Shown here piece after piece: positions 50,772 to 59,111 of a DNA stretch of 64,000 bases (the stretch's first letter is position 1; the number at the start of each line of letters is the position of its first letter). The DNA is taken from assembly GCA_046726475.1 (NCBI GenBank), contig JBKPAO010000032.1, positions 28,800 to 92,799 of the forward strand, written 5' to 3'. The notes below the pieces were generated by a model, which searched no databases, was not told where the DNA came from, and was given only the letters and a program-made list of their open reading frames with translations. Made by a program: the position numbers and the translations under genes. This DNA is from Gemmatimonadota bacterium (lineage in GTDB: Bacteria; Gemmatimonadota; Gemmatimonadetes; Gemmatimonadales; GWC2-71-9).

Positions 50772-52727
50772 TCACTCGGTCCACACCACTACCGTTGTTC
50801 CCACTTTCGCCGTTTCGCCGGCTGTGGGCGCCGTCCGGCTCACCCGGCCAAACCCTTTCAGGCTGACACGGAATCCGCTCCGATGCAGCGCCAGTGTTGC
50901 CTCCCGGACAGGTCGCCCATCGACCAAGGGAACCGGCCGTTCCCGGGATAGGGTGTCAGTCACGTGATAGGGCCAGGACAGGACCACACGCGCAGGTGTG
51001 GGCTCAGGATTTCGCGAAAGCGACTCCAGAGTCGCTCTGTGATCGCCACCGGACAATCGCGTGTGCTCGATGGCAATCCGGCGGGAGGCCAGCGCCTGCT
51101 GCAGCATGGTACGCGTGACCGGGGCGGCTGTTAATCCGCCGTAGTACTTGCCGCGGGGGTTGTCGATTTTGACGATCACGACCAGCTGTGGGTCGTCTGC
51201 CGGAAAGAGCGCTGCGAACGAGGCGGTATAAGTGCCGTGGACGTAGCGCCCGTTCTCAAACCGCACGGCGGTGCCGGTCTTTCCCAGTACCGTGTAGTTG
51301 ACCAGCTGGGCCTCCTCGCCGGTTCCACCTTCACTCGCCGCTCCCCTCAAGAACTCCCGGAGCTGCGCGGCTACCGCCGGTGTCACCACCCGCCGGACCG
51401 GCTCCGGCCGGTGCTGGTAGATCGGAGGTCCTGACACACTGCGGATCTCTCGAACCAACGTGGGCGTGAGCAGAACGCCGTTATTCGCGATGGCGGCGTA
51501 GGCCGCCGCCAGCTGGACGGGGGTGACTCCGAACTCGTAGCCCATTGCCACACTGGCGCGGGTATACATCGGTTCCCACTTATCAGGCCGTTCCAAACGG
51601 CCTCTCGACTCGGAAGGAAATTCCGCGCCCGTCGGCGCTCCGAACCCGAAGTCCCGCAGCATCTCGTATTGCTCTTCCGGAGAAAGCCGAGAGGAGAATT
51701 TGGCCATTCCAATATTGCTGGACACTTGGATGGTTCGGGCCAAGGTAAGATTCCCCGTGGTCCGATGCGCGTCGGTAATCACGCGGGTCCGCCCGCTGCT
51801 CGTGATCGGCATGCGCCACAGGCCACCTTCCGCGAACACCGCATCGTCCTCAGTCACTCGGCGGAGAGTGAGGAGGGCGGCGGCCGTAAAAAGCTTAGCG
51901 GTAGACCCCGGCTCGAATGGATCGGTGAAGACCGATGCTCTGGCCGAGCCGGCGCCCTGCCTGGAGGCCAGCGCCAGCAGCTCACCGTTCCTGGAATCGA
52001 GAAATACGACATCGCCACCATCAGCCCGCATCGCGGAGATTGCCTCCTCCAACCCCCGTTCGGCGATCTCCTGGAGCTCGGCGTCGATAGTCAGAACCAC
52101 ATCGTTCCCCGCGACCGGTTCACGAATCAGTCGTGCGGGGGAATCGTACCGCCGGCCCGCGCGATCTTTGAGCAAGACCGCCTCGCCCGGTTGCCCCGTC
52201 AGAATAGAGTCGAGCGACAACTCCAGGCCGGCAGCGCCCCCGGGGCCATCCGGTGAGAGCCCTCCGATTATCGGCCGGGCCAGCGACCGTGAGGGATAGA
52301 AGCGCTGGAAGTCGCGACTGAGATGAATGCCGTCCAACTGGCGTAGCGGTTGGACCTGAGTCGCCGTATAGGGACCGTGATAATAGATCCAGCGCTTACC
52401 CGCTCTGAGATCGCGCCATACCGTCGCGGGAAGTATCCCGAGACACCGAATCAACTGCCGGCCGGCAGCCCGAGAATCTACGAGCTCATTCGGGGCGACG
52501 CCGACATGGTAAAACTCCTGGCTGAGGGCGAGAGGAACACCGTTTCGGTCGTAGAGCCCTCCGCGTTTTGCCGGGAGTACAGCACGCTCGGTTCGCTGGC
52601 GCGCCGCCTGCTCCCTCCAGCGCTCACCCTGAAAGAGTTGCAATTGTGCCGCGCGGGCGAGGATCGCGATAATGGCCAGCGCGAACCCGAACTGGACGAC
52701 GACGATCCGCGTTGCCGGCTTCGCCAT
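50772..52727 (-). CDS. ftsI: Penicillin-binding protein (FtsI/PBP3-type transpeptidase) with a C-terminal PASTA-like domain
   Basis: 651 aa. N-terminal TM, then the STAK (SxxK), SSN and KTGTA motifs. The C-terminal ~70 aa (VPLVDGRPVREATLALHRSGFRVSLKG) looks PASTA-like. Confidence 0.92.
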   Translation of the reverse strand: MAKPATRIVVVQFGFALAIIAILARAAQLQLFQGERWREQAARQRTERAVLPAKRGGLYDRNGVPLALSQEFYHVGVAPNELVDSRAAGRQLIRCLGILPATVWRDLRAGKRWIYYHGPYTATQVQPLRQLDGIHLSRDFQRFYPSRSLARPIIGGLSPDGPGGAAGLELSLDSILTGQPGEAVLLKDRAGRRYDSPARLIREPVAGNDVVLTIDAELQEIAERGLEEAISAMRADGGDVVFLDSRNGELLALASRQGAGSARASVFTDPFEPGSTAKLFTAAALLTLRRVTEDDAVFAEGGLWRMPITSSGRTRVITDAHRTTGNLTLARTIQVSSNIGMAKFSSRLSPEEQYEMLRDFGFGAPTGAEFPSESRGRLERPDKWEPMYTRASVAMGYEFGVTPVQLAAAYAAIANNGVLLTPTLVREIRSVSGPPIYQHRPEPVRRVVTPAVAAQLREFLRGAASEGGTGEEAQLVNYTVLGKTGTAVRFENGRYVHGTYTASFAALFPADDPQLVVIVKIDNPRGKYYGGLTAAPVTRTMLQQALASRRIAIEHTRLSGGDHRATLESLSRNPEPTPARVVLSWPYHVTDTLSRERPVPLVDGRPVREATLALHRSGFRVSLKGFGRVSRTAPTAGETAKVGTTVVVWTE

Positions 52728-53023
52728 CAGGGACGCCCAGGAGCGGAGGGAACCGCGAACAACACGAACTCCGAGTCCGCCGGCTCGTGCAGTCCCAGGT
52801 TACGTTTGGCGATGGGCACCAGCACCTCGCGGCTGGAGGCCACCCGTATCCGGCGCTCGAGATCAGCGCGACGGGCTTCCAGAATGCCGCGCTGCTCTCG
52901 AAGATCGTGAAGCCGGCGCGCTGTGCGCAGCGCTGTAGTCTGCCGGGACACCACCGCCAATGCGCCCCCCAGGAAGATCAAGAGCCATAGAAACACCCAG
53001 TGCCGCCCCTTAAGTCGCTTCAT
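52727..53023 (-). CDS. ftsL: Cell division protein FtsL-like
   Basis: The internal ATG at 53021-53023 gives MKRLKGRHWVFLWLLIFLGGALAVV (one TM) followed by a heptad-rich region. This is the canonical position between rsmH and ftsI. Confidence 0.65.
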   Translation of the reverse strand: MKRLKGRHWVFLWLLIFLGGALAVVSRQTTALRTARRLHDLREQRGILEARRADLERRIRVASSREVLVPIAKRNLGLHEPADSEFVLFAVPSAPGRP

Positions 53024-53930
53024 CGACCACAAAGGTTCGGAGCTTGGCACTTCGCGCGCGGGGGTTGGTCTTGAGCTCCTGCTCGTCCGGCAACACCGGT
53101 CGTCGAGGCTCGACTCTTCCCAGCGACCGGCCACGACAGGTGCAGACCGGGAGGCCCGGTGGGCAGACGCACCTGCTGGCCCATTCGCGGAAAGCGTGCT
53201 TCACCAACCGGTCCTCTCCCGAATGATAGGTAATGATCGACAGTCGGCCGCCCGGCTTGAGTGCGTCCCGGAGTGCGGGGAGAGCACTCGCCAACTGCTC
53301 CAACTCGTGATTGACCGCAATCCGCACGGCCTGAAAGAGGCGAGCGAACTCGGGAGGACCTGTCCTCGGACCGAGAACGGCCCGGATGGCATTCACCAGG
53401 TCATCGCTGACGGCAAATGGTTGGCGTGCCCGTCGGCGCAGAATCTCCGCGGCAAGGCGCCGGGCCCGCCGCTCGTCTCCGTAATCGCGGAAAATGCGCT
53501 CGAGCGCTGCTCCGTCCGCATGGTTGAGGAGGTCGGCTGCGCTTTCTCCTGCGTCTTCCATCCTCATGCCGAGCGGCGCACCGGGACGGAAGGTAAAACC
53601 CCGGCCCGCCTCGTCCAGCTGGCGCGAAGAGACCCCCAGGTCGAGCAGGATGAAATCCGGCTCGAATCGGGTGACGGCCGTAAGCGCCTCCGGCGAGGCG
53701 TACGCCGTTTGCAGGTAACGGATCCCGGCTTCTCCGAGCCTCTGCCGACTGAGCGCAATCGCCTCGGGATCGCGGTCGATGCCAAGGACCTCCGCGCCAT
53801 TACTGAGCAGGGCAGCCGCGTGACCACCGTCTCCCAGCGTAGCATCGACTGCCCGGCGAGCTCCTCGCGCGGCCAGACGCACCTGCTCCAGGAGCACCGG
53901 CACGTGATATATCGAAGTCTGTTGTGGCAT
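53010..53930 (-). CDS. rsmH: 16S rRNA (cytosine1402-N4)-methyltransferase
   Basis: MPQQTSIYHVPVLLEQV...DATLGDGGHAA...DLGVSSRQLD. I chose the start at ATG 53928-53930 because the longer ORF would run through an intrinsic terminator. Confidence 0.92.
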   Translation of the reverse strand: MPQQTSIYHVPVLLEQVRLAARGARRAVDATLGDGGHAAALLSNGAEVLGIDRDPEAIALSRQRLGEAGIRYLQTAYASPEALTAVTRFEPDFILLDLGVSSRQLDEAGRGFTFRPGAPLGMRMEDAGESAADLLNHADGAALERIFRDYGDERRARRLAAEILRRRARQPFAVSDDLVNAIRAVLGPRTGPPEFARLFQAVRIAVNHELEQLASALPALRDALKPGGRLSIITYHSGEDRLVKHAFREWASRCVCPPGLPVCTCRGRSLGRVEPRRPVLPDEQELKTNPRARSAKLRTFVVDEAT

Positions 53931-53949
53931 CTCGAGCTCTGACGGGCCG

Positions 53950-53979
53950 AAACACAAACCCCGTCCAGAGGGGACGGGG
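53950..53979 (-). terminator. Rho-independent terminator downstream of tRNA-Asp
   Basis: The minus strand reads CCCCGTCC-CCTCT-GGACGGGG (8-bp perfect GC-rich stem, 5-nt loop), followed immediately by TTTGTGTTT. Confidence 0.75.
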
Positions 53980-54001
53980 TGAGCATTGTTCATCAGAGCG
54001 A

Positions 54002-54076
54002 GCGGGGCTGACGGGGCTCGAACCCGCGACCTCCGCAGTGACAGTGCGGCACTCTAACCAAGCTGAGCTACAGCCC
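54002..54076 (-). tRNA. tRNA-Asp (anticodon GTC)
   Basis: 75-nt cloverleaf folded by hand: acceptor GGGGCTG/CAGCCCC, anticodon stem CCGCA/TGCGG with loop CTGTCAC, T-loop TTCGAGC. CCA is not fully encoded. Confidence 0.93.
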
Positions 54077-54090
54077 CAGAACGGAGGGCG

Positions 54091-54099
54091 GAATATATC
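54091..54099 (-). promoter_or_regulatory. Candidate extended -10 promoter element for tRNA-Asp
   Basis: The minus strand reads TGATATATT (TGnTATATT) ending 14 nt upstream of the tRNA 5' end. The -35 at 17-nt spacing is poor (TGGCTC). Confidence 0.35.
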
Positions 54100-54130
54100 A
54101 AGGCGATGGGCTGTGAGCCACTGCTCGCCC

Positions 54131-56017
54131 TTATGCCTTCTTCTTCTTACTCGCCTTGCAGTACGCCTTCAGCATCGAGGCAATACGCGGGTTGTACTTC
54201 TTGATGATATCCAGGTTTTTGTCCACCGCTTGTGGATTGACCGAGCGGCCTGCGGTCAGCGCAGAGTCCGCGCCGGCCAGCAGCGCCTGCTCCTGTTTGG
54301 CCCCATCACAGGACTTCTGCTTCTCGGTTATTGGGTCCTGCTGAGGTACCTGGAACAGCAGAGCTAGGCCAAGCAAGTAATTGGCGGCAGGATAGACCTT
54401 GCCCGACGGATTGGCCGTTTGCACCGCCATCCGGAGGATCTGCTCGGCCCCCTGGAGATCCTGGGGCTGCTGGAGCAGCGGGGTGGCCGCACTATAAAGC
54501 AGTACCGCCGCCTTCTCCTTGGCGTCGGCATCGCCATGCTTGATCACAAACTCCAGGAAGGGCACAGCCTCCTTGGATCGGGGCGTGAAGCCGCTCGGGC
54601 TCGTTGCAGCTCCAGCCTTGGATGTGTCGGGTCGAGTGGCCGTGGACGAATCACGTTTGACCGCCCCTTTGCTGGTGTCCGGATGGGCGGAGCCGCGCGC
54701 GGAATCGGGTCGCTGGGCGGTGCTGTCCGGCTCGGGAGGGAGCACCAGGGCCTTGGCCGCCGCCAACGCCACCTCGACCCCCGTCTCGGTCGTGTCCTTG
54801 GCGATGATCCGGTTGGCGACCGCTATCAGGCTGTCGGTCTGGCCGGTCATCGCGTACCCGGTGCTGAGATAGCGAAGGAGCGTCGGGTTGTTGGGATATT
54901 TCCGATTTCCAATCTGCGCCCACTTCACCAGCCGGGGTGCGTCTTTCCCCTCCTGAGCCGCCACTGAGATCTTGCTGAAGAACAGCGTATCCGCCTTGGT
55001 GGAGTCGGTCGCATACATCGTCTCGAGAGCATCGACCGCACACTTGAAGTCGCCCAGGAACAGGCATGCATTACTCTTGAGATCGTACAGATCCGCGTTG
55101 TTGGGATCGAGCTTTAGGCCCTCGTCTGCTACCTTGCGCGCCGTCTCCGGGTGTCCCGAGGCCAGGAAGTACTTGAACAACCTCTCTCTGAGCGCCTGGT
55201 TGGTCGGGGCGACGGAGAGCATGTGCGAGAACGCATCCAGCGTTTTTGCTGTGTCGTTAGCGGCCTGGTACTGCTCGGCCAGGGCGGTCCACGCCGGGAG
55301 GCTCAAGGGATCGCTCTTTACCGCGGCCTGGAGGTGCTGAACCACCTCGGCAGGCTTCTTCTGCGTCCGGGCGATCTGCGCCAGACAGAACTCCGCCAGC
55401 CCATAATTCGGCAGGGTCTTGGTTGCCTTCGTGGCGGCTTCCTGCGCTTTGTCGGGCTTGGCGGCCTGCTGATCGACGCATGCCTTGGCATCAGGCAGGG
55501 CTTTCACCGTGGGCTGAAGCGCCTGGGCAATCTTCTTACCGAAATCCTCGGGAGTCTGTCCCTGTGCCTGAGTCAAAGAGACCACGTTCCCGGCGTCGTC
55601 GTTCACCCCGGTGAGGCGCGCGGTCACTGTGGGAGGCTTCCCGGCAGCACTCGCCAGGGTGCCCGTCACGATGACTCGGGCCTGGATATTCTTGGCCAGA
55701 GTGGTCGCGAGCGGAGGGCTCAGGATTGCGTCTATCGGGTAACCGTACTGCTTCAGAGCGTCGTTCATCTGACTCTGCTCGATCACCGTGAAATTGCGGC
55801 CAACGATACCCTTCATCTCCTGCCGCATCGCAGTGCCGATCCTGACGGCGTTCGCCGAATCACCCGGAGCGAAGGCAAAGGGGTTGGCCACCATCAGCCT
55901 GGGGGCATTGGTGGCGGGTTGAGTGGTGCGCGCACCGCGGGGAATTCCCTGCGCCGAGAGGCGCGTGGAGACGATTCCTACGGAGAACGCGATGAGCATC
56001 GAACGCGACAGATACAT
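54131..56017 (-). CDS. Secreted TPR-repeat protein (unknown function)
   Basis: ATG 56015-56017 gives the signal peptide MYLSRSMLIAFSVGIVSTRLSAQG. Multiple TPR-like helical repeats, an S/T/P/D-rich linker and a Lys-rich tail (KASKKKKA). Confidence 0.65.
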   Translation of the reverse strand: MYLSRSMLIAFSVGIVSTRLSAQGIPRGARTTQPATNAPRLMVANPFAFAPGDSANAVRIGTAMRQEMKGIVGRNFTVIEQSQMNDALKQYGYPIDAILSPPLATTLAKNIQARVIVTGTLASAAGKPPTVTARLTGVNDDAGNVVSLTQAQGQTPEDFGKKIAQALQPTVKALPDAKACVDQQAAKPDKAQEAATKATKTLPNYGLAEFCLAQIARTQKKPAEVVQHLQAAVKSDPLSLPAWTALAEQYQAANDTAKTLDAFSHMLSVAPTNQALRERLFKYFLASGHPETARKVADEGLKLDPNNADLYDLKSNACLFLGDFKCAVDALETMYATDSTKADTLFFSKISVAAQEGKDAPRLVKWAQIGNRKYPNNPTLLRYLSTGYAMTGQTDSLIAVANRIIAKDTTETGVEVALAAAKALVLPPEPDSTAQRPDSARGSAHPDTSKGAVKRDSSTATRPDTSKAGAATSPSGFTPRSKEAVPFLEFVIKHGDADAKEKAAVLLYSAATPLLQQPQDLQGAEQILRMAVQTANPSGKVYPAANYLLGLALLFQVPQQDPITEKQKSCDGAKQEQALLAGADSALTAGRSVNPQAVDKNLDIIKKYNPRIASMLKAYCKASKKKKA

Positions 56018-56085
56018 GCCAGAAATCTCCACAACGGGTCGGCCCAGATCGGGCCTGCAGCGCCCCGCCCAGCGCGGGTGCGAAA

Positions 56086-56160
56086 TGGGCGAAGAGGGAT
56101 TCGAACCCCCGACATCCTGCGTGTAAGGCAGGCGCTCTGAACCAGCTGAGCTATTCGCCC
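56086..56160 (-). tRNA. tRNA-Val (anticodon TAC)
   Basis: 75-nt cloverleaf folded by hand: acceptor GGGCGAA/TTCGCCC, anticodon stem CCTGC/GCAGG with loop CTTACAC, T-loop TTCGAAT, discriminator A. Confidence 0.93.
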
Positions 56161-56232
56161 TGAGAGCAGACCGGCCCTGTCACGTCAGTAGCGACATCGC
56201 AGGGACCGTGCCGTGATGAGCGACACCCTTTG

Positions 56233-56439
56233 CTATAGCGCGATACCGATCGGAAACAGCACGCAATAGCCGACGACCAGGATTACCGCCGCCACGCTCG
56301 GATGACCTGCCTGGAGCGTCAGATACCCGACCATCAAGATCAGTACTGCCAAACCGAGGATGATGAGATTTCGTGGGGCCAGCACGAAATGTCTCGGTGA
56401 CGACTGGCCGGAGCGATTGGATGGACGGGGACTCGACAT
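56233..56439 (-). CDS. Small two-TM membrane protein (DUF3098-like pattern)
   Basis: 68 aa. Polar N-terminus, then LIILGLAVLILMVGYLTL and AAVILVVGYCVLFPIGIAL. Coding status rests on hydrophobicity only. Confidence 0.45.
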   Translation of the reverse strand: MSSPRPSNRSGQSSPRHFVLAPRNLIILGLAVLILMVGYLTLQAGHPSVAAVILVVGYCVLFPIGIAL

Positions 56440-56453
56440 AGACGAGGAGGCTA

Positions 56454-57296
56454 CTACGGTTCCCTGGTCGGGTCAAGTTCAGACGGGGCTATAGCTTCCG
56501 GAGGAAGCTCCCATCCCTCATCCAGCGCCGCGCGCCGGGCACGGTCCGCCCGCTTCCGCCGGCGCAGAAGCGCCCAGACTGCCAGACTGAGTATCCCCCA
56601 TCCGCCCCCCGCTACGAGCCAAGTGGCAAGACTGTACCTCCGGCGGAGGCTGTGGCGCCATTCATTCTCGAATTGTGAGACGGTCAAGCCGGTGGTGGCG
56701 TGCACGCTGGCTTCGAAATCGTCGCCCGCACGCAGCCGCTGCAGGAGCGGAGTGAGGGAATGAGACGGGTTCAGCCGGGCCAGCTCGGTTACCGCCGACA
56801 CTGCCAGGGCATAGGATACATCCGCGGTCGAGGCGGATCCTCGCAGCGCCCCGTCCAGCGTTCGAAGGTCGGGGACGGCACCCCGCACCACCGCAAGGTT
56901 GAGCTCGAGAGTACCGAGACGGTCCCACTCGCCGGCGGCCCACGCCGCGTAACCTTCGTCAAACCACAACGGCACTCGAACGGTGACCGCCTGGTGGAGC
57001 GCGAGATGGGCGAGCTCGTGTCGGAGTGTGCGGTACAGGTCGTCGACATCGGCGCGCAGCAGGATAGTGCGCGAACCCGGCACTGCCACCGCTGCCCCCC
57101 ACGCCGGGGCGCGACCGCCGGAGAGAGAGTCCATCCGGCGTGCATCGGGAACCACAATCAGCCGGAGGGGACCAGGGGAGTGACGGCCGAGGCCCGGCCA
57201 TTCAGTGGCTTGCCCGGCACGCCGAGCAAGCTCGGTAGCCAAACCAAGCTGGCCAGGCCAGGCCACGGCTGTCACCTGCCCTACCCGCACTGCCAT
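56454..57296 (-). CDS. HExxH metallopeptidase-like protein (MA-clan, peptidase_MA_2-like) with a C-terminal TM anchor
   Basis: HELAH in LRHELAHLALHQ, followed by WFDEGYAAWAAGEW (putative third ligand Glu). C-terminal LATWLVAGGGWGILSLAVWALLRRRKR. Confidence 0.6.
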   Translation of the reverse strand: MAVRVGQVTAVAWPGQLGLATELARRAGQATEWPGLGRHSPGPLRLIVVPDARRMDSLSGGRAPAWGAAVAVPGSRTILLRADVDDLYRTLRHELAHLALHQAVTVRVPLWFDEGYAAWAAGEWDRLGTLELNLAVVRGAVPDLRTLDGALRGSASTADVSYALAVSAVTELARLNPSHSLTPLLQRLRAGDDFEASVHATTGLTVSQFENEWRHSLRRRYSLATWLVAGGGWGILSLAVWALLRRRKRADRARRAALDEGWELPPEAIAPSELDPTREP

Positions 57297-57349
57297 TGGT
57301 TGGGATTGGAGTAACGCTGCGAGGGCGCTACCGAGGATGCCGCAGACGA

Positions 57350-58219
57350 TCAGGAAAGCGGACTGCGCGGGACTTCACCTCCGGCTGCCGCAACCTCCAG
57401 CATCTCTTGGCAGCGTTTGGCCCAGGGATTGAACTTGTTGGCCTTGTACCCGTCGGTCCATGCTCGGACCGCCTCTTCCCGCTCACCTCCGAGCCATAAT
57501 GCCCGGCCCAGCTCGAAGTAGGCCTCGATCAGATTGGGTCCCAGCTTCAGGGTCTTGCGCAGGAAGGTTTGCGCGTCCTCGTACATCTCACGCTCCAGGT
57601 AGACCAACCCAAGATAGTAGTGCGCGTAGAGAGTAGCCTTGCGGTCATTGTCGAGTCGTATCGCTTTCGAGAGGTGCTCGATCGCCTCGCCGAAAATTCC
57701 CTTTTTGAGGCAGATATAACCCACATTGATTCGCGCCAACGCGTTGGCCGGCTCCTTCATCAGCACTTTGGAAAAGTTTCCCAGGGCGTCGTCGTAGTCT
57801 TCATTGAGCATCTGGGCCCACCCCAGCAACGAGGTGGCTTCGACCGCTCCGGGTGACAGGCTCAAGGCGCGCTCCAGCGCCTGAATGGCGCCGGTGTAAT
57901 CGCCCAGAGAAATCAGGCTCCATCCCTTTTCTATATATGTAGAGGCTCCGAGATGGTCGGCGTGGACTGCCGGGCGCGCCCCATTGAACTGGGGAGCCGC
58001 GCTGACCTCGGCGGCGCTGACGGTCTGTTTGTAGCGTTCGACCAGCCCTTTGATCTCCTCCTTGATGTGCCCCAAGTCGGAAAGCGCCCCGTCCACCCGC
58101 TTGAAGAGCGAGATGATGTCCCGCTTCAGCGACTCGCGTCCGGCACCCGCAGGCGCGTCCACCCGGCCTGCGATCGCCTGGAGCTCGGTGCGGAGCGCAG
58201 CCAGCCAAGCCTCGGTCAT
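57350..58219 (-). CDS. Coiled-coil plus TPR-repeat protein (che-operon associated)
   Basis: 289 aa. N-terminal heptad-like region (LKRDIISLFKRVDGALSDLGHIKEEIKGLVERYKQ), then about 5 TPRs. The ATG shares 1 nt with the cheW TGA. Confidence 0.65.
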   Translation of the reverse strand: MTEAWLAALRTELQAIAGRVDAPAGAGRESLKRDIISLFKRVDGALSDLGHIKEEIKGLVERYKQTVSAAEVSAAPQFNGARPAVHADHLGASTYIEKGWSLISLGDYTGAIQALERALSLSPGAVEATSLLGWAQMLNEDYDDALGNFSKVLMKEPANALARINVGYICLKKGIFGEAIEHLSKAIRLDNDRKATLYAHYYLGLVYLEREMYEDAQTFLRKTLKLGPNLIEAYFELGRALWLGGEREEAVRAWTDGYKANKFNPWAKRCQEMLEVAAAGGEVPRSPLS

Positions 58220-58683
58220 CAGGCGGCTCCCAGCTCACTCAGCGCCAGCCGCTCACTCGAAGAGAGCAGCTTCCTGGCATTAAGGATGATAACAGTCCGT
58301 CCGGGGCGAGTGACGATGCCTGCGATGTAGACCGCAGCCAAGCCACTGACGATCGGGGATGGCGCGGTGATCACCGTGCTGTCGACCCGCAGCACTTCCA
58401 GGACTTCGTCCACCAACACCGCTATGCGCTGGCCGTCGAGCTCCAGGACCATCAGGCGAGTCTCCTCTCGGATCAGCGCCTCGAGCTCGAATCGTTTGCG
58501 AAGGTCGATGACCGGGACGGCGCTCGCGCCGTAGGGCATCACCCCCTCCAGGAAACCTGGTGCCTTTGGCAGCGGCGAGGGGGCGGAGTAGCGGAGGATC
58601 CGCTCGACCTGAAGAATGTCGAAGGCGAATTCCTGTCGGCCCACCCGGAACGTCACCAGCTGAACGTCGTCCCCTGTGGTCAT
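58219..58683 (-). CDS. cheW: Chemotaxis coupling protein CheW
   Basis: 154 aa. LVTFRVGRQEFAFDILQVERIL...PGFLEGVMPYGASAVPVIDLRKRF is the canonical CheW sequence. Confidence 0.88.
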   Translation of the reverse strand: MTTGDDVQLVTFRVGRQEFAFDILQVERILRYSAPSPLPKAPGFLEGVMPYGASAVPVIDLRKRFELEALIREETRLMVLELDGQRIAVLVDEVLEVLRVDSTVITAPSPIVSGLAAVYIAGIVTRPGRTVIILNARKLLSSSERLALSELGAA

Positions 58684-59111
58684 TGCGATGCGGCCTCCAG
58701 CAAACGTGAGCTCAGAGCGGATAAATCCAGCAGGGGGACGAGTTCCCCATCATGTCGTGCAACGCCAGTGGCCCAGGGCAGTGTTTCCCCCGCGGGCACG
58801 GGCAGCGCCGGCTCGTGCAGCAGGATCTCAGCTTCTTCCACCTCCAGGCATACTCGCTTACCCTCCACCAGGATGACCACCCCGGTGGTTCCTACCTCCG
58901 TAGGATGCGCCGTGCCTTGAAGCAAGGAGGCGAGATGCACCAGCGGTACCATCCGCCCCTGCATCGCCACCAAGCCGCGAACAGCGGGCTCGATGACTGG
59001 GACCGACCGCACCTCACCGAGTTGTGTCACCGCAATGACATGGGAGAGCTCCAGCCCCACGAAACGACTCCCGGCGCGGACCAGTAGAAACCCGGATTCG
59101 CGCCGGCTCAT
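58680..59111 (-). CDS. cheW: CheW-like coupling protein (second copy, divergent)
   Basis: 143 aa. [21 protein letters not shown]...[21 protein letters not shown]. CheW fold pattern, but more divergent than the neighbouring copy. Confidence 0.8.
   Translation of the reverse strand: MSRRESGFLLVRAGSRFVGLELSHVIAVTQLGEVRSVPVIEPAVRGLVAMQGRMVPLVHLASLLQGTAHPTEVGTTGVVILVEGKRVCLEVEEAEILLHEPALPVPAGETLPWATGVARHDGELVPLLDLSALSSRLLEAASQ

Noticed and set aside
53931-54130. Looked for mraZ or a degraded remnant upstream of rsmH.
   Set aside because: The interval is fully accounted for by a terminator, tRNA-Asp and a 54-nt spacer. No ORF is present.
54002-56160. Possible genomic island: a single gene with somewhat lower GC, flanked by tRNA-Val and tRNA-Asp.
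   Set aside because: I saw no integrase, transposase or phage genes and no direct repeat of a tRNA 3' end. The GC dip is mild (~60% mid-gene) and concentrated in the Lys-rich tail. Both tRNAs are intact.
56180-56476. Alternative 98-aa ORF overlapping the small two-TM ORF and the end of the HExxH gene.
   Set aside because: R/S/P/G-rich, non-hydrophobic and without motifs, and it overlaps the stop of the upstream gene. The 68-aa two-TM frame is the more protein-like reading, though itself only moderately supported.
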